A DNA stretch of 64,000 bases from assembly GCA_012295275.1 (NCBI GenBank), contig CM022665.1, forward strand, positions 37,200,001 to 37,264,000. Reading direction: 5' to 3'. Under the pieces are notes generated by a model. That model searched no databases and was not told where the DNA came from. It worked only from the letters and a program-made list of their open reading frames with translations. This stretch comes from Chrysomallon squamiferum. Its lineage: Eukaryota > Animalia > Mollusca. The position numbers were made by a program, and so were the translations under genes. Positions 14,801 to 25,900 of the stretch are shown here, in pieces. Every line of letters starts with the position of its first letter. The first letter of the stretch is position 1.

Positions 14801-17800
14801 AAGTAACATCTTATAAATATTTATCAGTATCAAAGGCAACAAAACCAAAATCTGTTGTGAGGCCTTTTTTTTACTTTTTTTTGTTTTGTTTTAATGTTAA
14901 TTTGTAACATGTATGAAGAAATAAAAGAAATAAAGGGGGGGGGAATAATAATTTCAAGACTTAAAGAGGTACATGTTTTTAATTAAAAAGAAAATTTATT
15001 AAAATAGTTTGTTTTGCATATCATGAAAGTTTGTCCTCACTGCTGCTAACACTTTTACTACTAATTATACTAGCTGCTAGCTACTAATAACAACAACAGT
15101 ACTAAAAACAATATAGATAATAACTGAAAACAAATTTTAATAAAAAAAAAAAAAAAAAAAAAAAAATAATAATCATCTTGTTGGTAATTGTACTATGAAT
15201 ATCATTAAAAAGAAATAACTGGAAATTTTCAAATAAACAGCATTCCTTGTAGTCAATTCAGCTTTACACAAAACCCACTAAGTGACTGAGGTAGTAAATA
15301 TGTAGGGTAAAGACTTCAGGGAATGCCAAAATGAGAAAATTAAGTTTCTTGGTAACAGGAAGAATATGTTTACTTAAAGAAGCTACAGTCCAAGTTAAAG
15401 CGTTTATGAGACATTTATTAGCTGAGTTGGTGTGAATGAATGTTTCTCTGTAATGGTGTAATTTTGTGTGTCATGTTTGAGTTTGACTGGTATAATGTGT
15501 TGTTTATGTTTGTGTGTGTGTGTGTGCAATTGTGAATGTGTGTGTGGATGTGTCTGTATTTCAATATCTAGGCTATATGTATGTACGTTTTTGTCTGTCT
15601 GAGTATGAAGTGCTGAGAGTAATACCCTGATGCATCCAAAAATTGCATTTGAGATTTTCTTCTTTACTGCTTGATTGAAAAAGAAAAATGTACATGTTAT
15701 ATTAAAGCATTTGTGCATGTCTCTGTACATGTGTATTATTGGGTGTGTATTAGATTACTTTAAATCTCATTAAAAACTCTTCAGCTCTTTTAAATGACAA
15801 TAATTTCTTTCATTACTAACTGCAGGGTAGCAACAACTCACAAAGTATGTGGTGTTGGCATGAAAAATAAATATATTTGTGCCTGTGTGTGTGTGTGTGT
15901 GTGTGTTTAAGTTCATGTCAAAGGTTTTCAAACTTTGTTCTAACTTTATCTCTTTGAGAAAATATTTGGTTGATGCATATCTCTTATCAAATATGACAGG
16001 GCAGCTTTACTATGGTCATATAGTATATGAGTGACAATGTTTTAACTGGATAAAATACAATACAAAATTATAAATTTTGAAAATACACAATTAAAAAAAA
16101 AAATGGTTTGTGGCCATATCTGAGGGTTGTGCAAGCATGATTATCATTCTTTTGTACAAAAATTGTTCTTACTTTTTGCATCTTCCATTGCTGAATTTTG
16201 CTCATGTACACTCAGAGATATATATGTGTACCACAGTTTGAAAACATCTAGTCTGTGTCATAAAAAGTCAAGTCACAGTAATTTCATTGTTTTCTCACTG
16301 CATGAGGTCACACCAGTTTAGAATATTTTCATTTTTACAAATTCACTCCAACATAAAACAAATCATTTTACCTTCAAACATGTAATCTTGAAGAATCTGG
16401 CTAGCTTCCCAGTATTGTCAGTAACATTCTTTTCAAAGTGACTTGGGCAAATAATTGGAATATCTGGCAGTGCTGTCTGTAACTCTTAAGTTTCTTTTCT
16501 AAATGTAGACATTTCCTTGTATCTATTTTGGTATGATTTATTTGGTTAAAGTGCTTTTTGGAGTCTGTTTTATGTTTTTTCACCTGTAAGATGATTCCCC
16601 AATTGCCCCACTACAATGCTAACTATTATTATCACAAACAAATACTTATAAAAAAAACCCCAAGAAGTATTGGAGAGAGACTGATGTATTTTTCATATCG
16701 AGATTTCATCCTAATGGTTAGAAGTAGACATTATAGATATTGCAATACTTAAACAGAGACATCTGTGGTGAATTTCACACACACCACTTCTAAAGATTTA
16801 TAGAGTATTTTTATGTCATTAATAAACAGTCTTTGAAATAATTCCCATAGCTAGATATAATCTTAATAGTTGGCTATTGTAGACTTCACATACCACTTAA
16901 GATGGAAATGTTTTATATTAACCATCATTTTTTAATCTAAGTTTACATGATTATGATACATGGTTCTCAACCACAACATTATGTATGTCAAGAAAAAAGA
17001 AACCTTCTGTCTGTATGACGTATTTTATCAGTTAGCAGCCAGGGATCTTTTATATTCATGTCCTTGTACACATTAATAACTTTTTTCTTTTCTCTTCTTC
17101 TTTATAATTTATCTTTATTTTCTTTATATTTTTTATTTTTTTTATTTAAATTTTTTTTTTTTTTTTTTTTTTATTTAAATTTTTTGTTTCTATAATCATA
17201 ATAACCAGGTAATAAAAGACAACATTTTGATAAAAAAACAACAAAAAAAAACCTTTATTGTGTTACTGGTGTCAGAAGCTTCCCAAGAAAGAAATATTTT
17301 ATAATGTACTCATTTTATTCAGATTCATGAGAAAATGTATATAAGCAAGAGGCCTCTGTTTTTACAGCACTGATTTCACTTGAACACAATGACATGGCAA
17401 AGTTATTAAGATCAAAGTAGAGATCTGGCTCACTTACCTGATCAGGTCATCCCTTGTTTGCTTATATTACATATAATATATTATATATTAGTATGTGTGG
17501 GTGTTTGTATATATGGGTTTTGAGTGGGTGTTTGTGTGTACAAGTTTGCACATGCACATGCACATGTATAGTTATGTGTATGCATGTAGCTTGGCGTGGT
17601 GTACATACCCATATATGTATTTTTATGTGCAAGTACATGTTTGCAATTACTGTTATTGTGTGTGTGTGTCTAAACTTGTATATTATTAATTCCTTTACAA
17701 AAGTTTATGGACATTTTTTTTATTTATAACACTGCAAATTCAAATCATTTCAAATTATTTTATAACAATAATTAAATTGATTGTATTTTAAATTTCAACA

Positions 17801-18713
17801 GTTTTAAAGCACATAAAAATAACATTAAAACAAAGAACATTTAGTTTTACTGTTAATTTTTAAAAAAAATTAAAGTTTTTTATGTGTATTCAGGGATGTG
17901 ATACATAATGAAAACAAAGCAATAAAAGTTGCATTTAATTGTCCAAGTGACAATATTTATGATACCCAGAGGGCCATAAATTTAAAAAAACATGTTGAAA
18001 GTGTTGTTTTACCCTGCACTCAAGTTCATTCTTTACTTTCTCAACAATTTTTTTCCCCTTTCAAGGTCATTATAGCATGTATAATTGATATCCTGTAGCT
18101 GAAAATTACTTTATCTGTTAACTAAATAATATATAAATTACCCTCCAGCTAAATAACAAATTGCTAAATGGTGTTCAAAATACCCTGTGGCTATATAATA
18201 GCATAGATTACCCTGTGGCTATATAATAGCATAGATTACCCTGTGGCTATAAGTTACACAAATTCCTCTGTGGCTAAATAATATGCTAATCATCCTGTGG
18301 CTATATGATACAATAGTCACCCTGTGGCTATGTAATACAATAATCACCCTGTGACTATGTAATACATAATTTACCCTGTAGCTATATATTATACAATAAT
18401 TAGCTGTGGGTATATAATAAAATAATCACTATGTGGCTATATAATACACAAATTCCTGCGTGGCAAAATAATATACCAATCACCCTGTGGTTTTAAAATA
18501 AATAATTACCCAGTGGCTATACAGATTCCTTTGTGGCTGCATAATAACCCAAATTACCCTGTGGCTTACAATAAAATATATCTTGCATAACAGGTAAATA
18601 ATAGTTAATTTTAACACTAATTCAAGTTAAATTGTTTTTACCTATGATAAGAGCAAGAAATATTTTTGATATTTTTATAGCAAATGGTGATTACATATTG
18701 TCTTAATGAATTT

Positions 18714-18744
<31 letters not shown>

Positions 18745-21700
18745 CATGTGTTTGTGTGTGTGTGTGTGTGTTTGTGTTTGTGTGTGTGTGTGTGCGTCTG
18801 TTTGATTATATGATAGTGTTTCCCCATAGCATATCAAGTTAATGCGTTTAAGTAATAATGGACCTTTTCTTAATCTATCTCAGTTAATTCTGACACAAGA
18901 TACTTAAATACTTCACTGATGGGTAAGATTATCCAGTCGTTTTTCTTTTGGGGTTTTTTCTTTGTTTTCCCAATAATATTTTTTCCAGGACCCCATCCTG
19001 CTCCTCTAAGTAAAACATGTCAGCATTCTGTCACAAAACATAAATTATTTCTAAGCTCATCTTTATTGCTGCTTTTCTTTCTTTTCTTCTTGTTTTTTTT
19101 TTTTTTTTTTTTTTTTTGCTAGCTCATTTTCCCAACAAGATTGGCCATTTTAAAAATAAAAATTATCAAGAAGAGGAAGTTCTGTTTCTCCCTAAAAATT
19201 TAGCATTTTATTAAACTGTAAATGTCGTACAGGATTAATAGTCCCATCCTCCTTTGAACAACTGTGAAAATATTGATAACTTTGGAGATCTTTTTTTAGG
19301 TATTTAATTTCATCTATATATATTACAAACACACACATATAAAAAAAAATGTAAATTTATATTTCTGTTTAAGTCACAGCACTAAGTTGACAAACAGAAG
19401 TCTCTACAGTAGTCTAGTCTGTCTGTCTATAGATAGATTGCACCTATGTTCTGAGGCACTGATAAAACTTTATATTCAAGAAATAAATAAAACATATATT
19501 TTTTTTTTTTAGTTGCTCACATCAGATAATAAATTTGACACAAAAATTAAGTCATTGATGACTTGTAATTACATGTATATAAATGACTCGTATATATGTG
19601 TAAATACAACAATAAATTACACATTATTATTAGTGTTTTGATTACCATCCTGATAAATGGTTTTAAATTTATGTCCATTCGCTACACATCACATGGTAAT
19701 TATTTTATATTATTTAACACCCGTCATTATTGTAGTAATGAATAACATTTTACAGTAGGTACTGACAAGAAAGACAAACAAGTTTTAATTAATGACCTAA
19801 TTATATTACCATTTAAATGGAATCTTGTATGCAGTATCAATAAATTGTTTTTAAATACTTGGTGTAAACTTATCTGTTTACGTTGAGCTCAGACTGACAG
19901 CTGATAAAAGAGTGTAATGAATGGACAAGATAACAGAACAATGCAGCGGGTATCATAAAACACAGCCCCGTTTGTTGTTGTTTTACTGTCCTAAATTTGA
20001 ACATAAACTTTGTGTCACTTAGACCTATGTTGCTTTGGAATCTTATCCACAGACAAGATGTATCAAGGTTGTTCTGTGTTAAGTCTGGTCTGAACCAAGG
20101 CTGGTCTGTATCAAGATTGTTGTGTGATAAGACTGGTCTTTGCAAGTCTGTCTATATCAAGGCTGGTCTGTGAAACATCTGGTCTGTATTAAAGTTGGTG
20201 TATGACAGCTTGTCTGTATCAGGTCTTCTGTATCAAGGCTGTTCTGTGACAAGATTGGTCTGTGATAAGTCTTGTCTGTATCAAGTCTGGTCTGTATCGA
20301 AGTGGCCTATCAGATAGCTGATATGGGAAATGGCTGCTCTTTAACAAAGCAGTCTTCACAGTGTTGGTTTCTTTCACAGCTTTTAAAAGACTGGTCTTTA
20401 TTTAATGATATAATCTGTGTATCTGAGTCCATGTCATGCAATATCCTTTCTGTGAAATGATGCACATGAAAGCCCTATTTCTGTTATTCCAAATGATTCT
20501 TGAAATTATTTAACAGTAAATTACTATACAGAATAGAGACATGAAGTTATTTACTAATAAATAATACAGTTGAGTCAGAGCTCAACGAAGTTATGTAATA
20601 ACTTAAAAATCTGCAAGTTCATTCTGCATATAAAATGAATGCACAACATGAATTTTTTGTTATTGTTGTTGTTGAAAGTGTGTGAAAGACGCAGGTGAAG
20701 TGTGGCTACAATAATATTGACATGCAGTCCCCCACTGGCCTCTTTTTGTCATGTGACTGTTAAGCAGTGCAGTGTTATCGGCATTGCTGTGACACTTGGT
20801 TGTGTTGTCTGTCTCTGGTATGTTGATAGCGCAGCACACGTTTTAAGATGGCCCTCTTTGTTAGTTTTTCCATGGGCAAGTTTAAAATAAATCTTTATTT
20901 ATGGAGGCTTAAATTGTTTTCCACGGAAACATAAATAAGACAAATGGTCGTGCGACTGTCATTTCTGACGAAATTATTTTTGAAATATTGCATTAAACTG
21001 TGAAGTTACAAAATTATTTATGTAAGGACAATAATAATAAAGTTTAAAAAAAATAAAACTGCTTTGAATGACCTACATTGTTGAGGTGTAAATAATGTTT
21101 GTTGAAAAAGTTTTCTTATTGTGTTTACGTAAGAATTTTTACTTTAAAAAAAAACACAAAGGTATATTTAGCGATGCTAAACTGTGTGTGTACATATGCA
21201 TGTGTATGTCTGTATGTACATTTGTGCACATCTGCCTACCAACCTAATTACTTGTCTGTTTTTATATAGCATACATAGACAGGGGTAGATTTCTTGTGGC
21301 AATCATAGATGCTCTATATTTCTAGATTTAATATTGTTTTGTTCATTGTTCATAATACCAGTTTATAAGTATATTTTTATTTCTGATATATATTAATATC
21401 TGTTTCAGTTATTTTTTAATATATAATATACAAATTTTAAAAACATTACACATTTTTTTAAAATAAATCTATCAGAACTATATCAATATGAATGGGCTAT
21501 AATTAAACTTTTTTCAGTGTTTTTTTTTTTTTTTTTTTTTCTTGAACTTATATTTAATTTTTCTTTTCTTCCAGATACTGGATTGATGTGTAAGTATAAT
21601 GGAAAGAGATATCGTGATGGAGAGAGTTGGCAGATAGAGAAATGTACTAAATGTACATGTAGAGATGGGCTGACGTTCTGTAAAACAAAGTTGTGTAGTG

Positions 21701-22923
21701 TTCCCCTCTGTGGCTGGATGGTCATACCTGATGGAGAATGCTGTCCTGTTTGTAAAGGTATGGCATTCTTTATTTAAATATTTATTTATCATTATTGTTG
21801 TTGTTATTTATTATTATTATTATTATTATTTATTATTATTATTATTATTGTTATTATTATCATCATCAGTCATGTCATTGTTGTTATTATCATTACCTTC
21901 ATCCTCATTAATGTTGTTAATGGTTTTTTTCATTTACTTGTTTATTTATTACCATTGCCTTATCATTATCATCATCATCATAATCAGCATCATCATATTT
22001 ATTGTTGCTTTAATCATAATAATCATTTATTAATACACTTGTCTACCTGTTTATTTATTTATTTATTTGTTTATTGCTGACAGGATGTGTGTCAGACTCT
22101 GGACAGCTGTACAACAACTCTGAGGTGTGGAAAGAAAACCCGTGTGTCACTTGTCAGTGTGATGCGGGTCAGGTCCGATGCCAGGCAGAAATGTGTGCTG
22201 TGAGATGTGCCAATCCAAGATACGTAGACGGACAGTGCTGTCCTGTCTGCGATGGTGAGTGTGTTGTGTTAATCCTTTCATCAACATACACACAGACACT
22301 AACTAACATAGATCCTTACCGATTCCCTGGCTTATATTTTAAATTAAACAATTAATTTTGTTGTGTTTTTGTGATACAGTCATATTGTACAAATTGTGTT
22401 CTGAAACACATGTGAATACAGACCCTCTTTGATGAATGTACATCGATCCTATTTGCATAGATCCCATAGCTTATTTCTTTTAAATAAAGAGTTAATACTA
22501 TATGTGGCATGATCTGACATACATATGTTGTGATTTGATCAATCTGTGTAAGCTGAGGAACATTTATGTTATTTACCATACATTTTGTGTTTGTCAGATA
22601 TAGTTATACACTTACACATTATTGTCCTCAAGTCTTCTAGGTACAGAGTTCAAATCGTAACACCTATGAAGTTAGTTTACTCTTCGTTCACGCTCCTAAA
22701 CTATTCTTTAACACGTTCACCTGACCTAATCCAAGTTAGACAACCCATGCTACTAGACTGTCACTTTAATTTAAATAAGCATTACTAAAATATTTACAAA
22801 CATCTGGCTTCAGAGATGACAAAAAACAAGGTCACCTGATTTCAACAATTAAAACAATGTGTATATCAATTTATATGTTGTCAAGACATTTTTACTGTTA
22901 TGTTACCATAATTGTATGTGCAG

Positions 22924-22988
<65 letters not shown>

Positions 22989-25900
22989 TGTGTGTTCTCT
23001 ATGTGTATAAATGTATGTAACTATGCTGTGCAGCTATGCGTGAATGTGAGTCCTTGAATATATTAGGGCATATGTATATATGTGTACAAATAAAATTTTC
23101 AGAAACCAGTTTTTTTTGCATGTAAGAATATGCTTCTGTTTTTCAGACACCCCACCGGTTGATCGGCCTGTTCTCTGCCCCTCCTCTCAGAACTGCAGCA
23201 TGATGTGTCCTAATGGGTTAGAGATGTCTGAAGACGACTGTTTCCTGTGTAAATGTAAGAAAGGTAAACAATTTTTTTATTACATACATATACTGCGTAT
23301 GGCTTTTTGTCTGTTATAAGCGATAGTAAATTGCTTTAAATTGATTTTCCAGCATAACCACTTACTGTGGTTAATATTAAGTTAATTAATGTTGATATTT
23401 TCTGAAGTATGTAACTTCAAATAAATGAGTTATGTTTTTAGTTGCCAAAGCACTAGTCGTTTAACATGGTGTAAAGATTAGATACTGTACTCGGTGCCAA
23501 ATCAGCTTCACTAAATGTTACCAGTGTATTCTGAAATGTTTAAATATAGTTAGAAAACGTAACAATAATATTTATAACACTGATCAAAAATATTTAGTTG
23601 GTTTTAACATTGAGTTTATGAGAATTATCAAAGGGTTCAGATTTAATTTTCGAAGATTTTGAATTTAACAGTTTATTGGCACTTTTCCCCTTCGTTTTTT
23701 TTTTTTTTTTTAAACTGTGATATATGATATAACATCAACAAAAGACAAAAATAATAATAATAATAATAATAAAAACAATAAATAAAAAAATAAATAAATA
23801 AATAAATTTAAAAAAAAAAAAAAAAATTAAAAAATAAATTAATAAATTTAATTAAATAAAAAGATAAACCAATCTTACTATTAATAGTAGAAATATTTTC
23901 TGGATATCACATTGTTTATTAATATAAATAAGAATAATATATTTTTTAAAATGATTAGCTTTACCATTAACAACAGAAATATTTGTTTATTTAATATAAT
24001 TTAGAATCAAAATTTATTAAATTACCAGCCTTACTATTAACAGTAGAAATAATTTGTGGATATAACATTGTTTATTAATGTTGTTTTCAGAAGTGTGTAA
24101 GCTGGACTGTAAGTATGGTCAGCTGACAGACAGTAAGGGTACTAAGATATGCGAATGTGCTCAACCTCAGAATCACTGTCCAAGTCTTGACGACTGCACA
24201 AAACAATGTTCCTATGGCTTCAAAAAGTCCCGTAATGGATGCCTCAAATGCAGGTGCAACCAGTGTCCCCCTTTCAACTGCACCAAGCGCTGTCTCTATG
24301 GATACCTGTTGAACGACCAGGGTTGTCAATTGTGCAAATGTCAGGGTAAGTGCAGATTGATGATTTATTACTAAGTAGAAAAAATTTGGATTCAAGATTT
24401 TAAGAATTATTTTTGATCTGTATAATATTTTTAAAGCATAATCTTTTCTTCATGAAGAGATATATTTGAAAGAATGTTAGTGTTTTAATGTTAATGGTTT
24501 GTATGTGTGAATATTTACTGTGATTTTCATCACAGATATCCCATTGATGAAATGCTGAAAATGATGTATTATAAATTAATGTTTATATTAATTTATATTC
24601 TGTTCATTTTAAGCCTCATTTTTTAAAACAGTATTTTGTTGTTCAAAACTCTAAGATCTGTTAGGTCATTGTGATTAATTTTGAATGCACATCTGTTCTG
24701 TAGTCTTCCTAATCACCTTACCTCATATTTAAGCTTATTTATTTTACTTATTATTTTATTTATATTTATGTTTTGATTACAGAGGTACCCATTGAAAGTG
24801 GTAGTAACACAACAACAGATGCTGATCAGCTGCCTAATTCAGTGACAGGTGTCAGTGTCGTGTGTTTGTCGTCGTCTGGACAGAGACACGAGGATGGAGA
24901 GTCGTGGCATGATGGCTGCAGGCTGTGTTACTGTCACCGTGGTAAAGAAATGTGTTCTCTCATTGCTTGTCCAGTTCCACGATGCAGAAATCCAATATTT
25001 CGTCTTGGAGACTGCTGCCCATCATGTCCAGGTAATCATCACAAATCAGTCTGCTTCAGTTTGTGTGAATGTTTGTTGACATTTAACAATAGGTTACTTT
25101 TATCCAGGAGTCTCTCCTTGCAACTGTTTGACTAAACAATTATTTTACTGTATTATTTTCTGATATTGTAGGTTGTTGTTGTTTTTTTATTAATTTTTGT
25201 TTCATAAATTCAAATATACATCTACTCAAAAAAGTAAATAAATAAATAAATAGGTGAAATAATTATTGATTTAATAAACATTTTTATGTATATATTTGTT
25301 ATTATGCCAGTACTTTTTTTATACTTAATCATTCTAAATTTAGGATTGTTTTGGCAATTGCCTTGTAAACTAGTGTATTAGTATATCTTTATTTTGAATA
25401 ATTTTATTATCTGTACTTGTTAATAAACAATTTTTATTTGTTCTTAATAGTGTTCATGTTGTTTTGTTTTGTGCTTGTAACTGTTAATGAACTGTTTTTG
25501 TTATTAAAAGGTGTGGCTGTCATTTCGTCACATTCAGGCCGCAAGGAGTCCTGTCAGTCGGCCAATGGTCATCACCTGGTGGAGGGCGAGACGTGGCAGA
25601 TGGACGAGTGTACACAGTGTATCTGTCATGATGGTGCAATCCTCTGTGAGTCACACACCTGTCCTCCAGTCCTCTGTCACCACCCAGTCAAACCCGAACA
25701 CAAGTGTTGTGCTTTCTGCAAAGGTTAGTTTGTAAACAAGTTGTAATTTAGAACGAAACTGGATTTGTAAATTCTTTGAATTCTGATGGCTTTCATATGA
25801 GTGATTACAGGTTGTCCAAAACATTATAAATAATAACTTGGAAGTATAAAGAATTTTATTAGGTGATTATTTCGTTTTTGCCACAGGTACATATTAACTT

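Noticed and set aside
18137-18567. CRISPR array
   Set aside because: The inter-core sequences are related to each other rather than unique spacers; no cas genes; it lies in a eukaryotic intron.
22620-22770. tRNA gene (B-box-like GAGTTCAAATC)
   Set aside because: No cloverleaf. It is more likely a decayed tRNA-derived SINE fragment, possibly related to about 31780-31860, but too degraded to list as a feature.
24087-24395. 102-aa antisense ORF (likewise 27925-28254, 33913-34101 and 51101-51349)
   Set aside because: Shadow frames opposite real exons, with no independent support.
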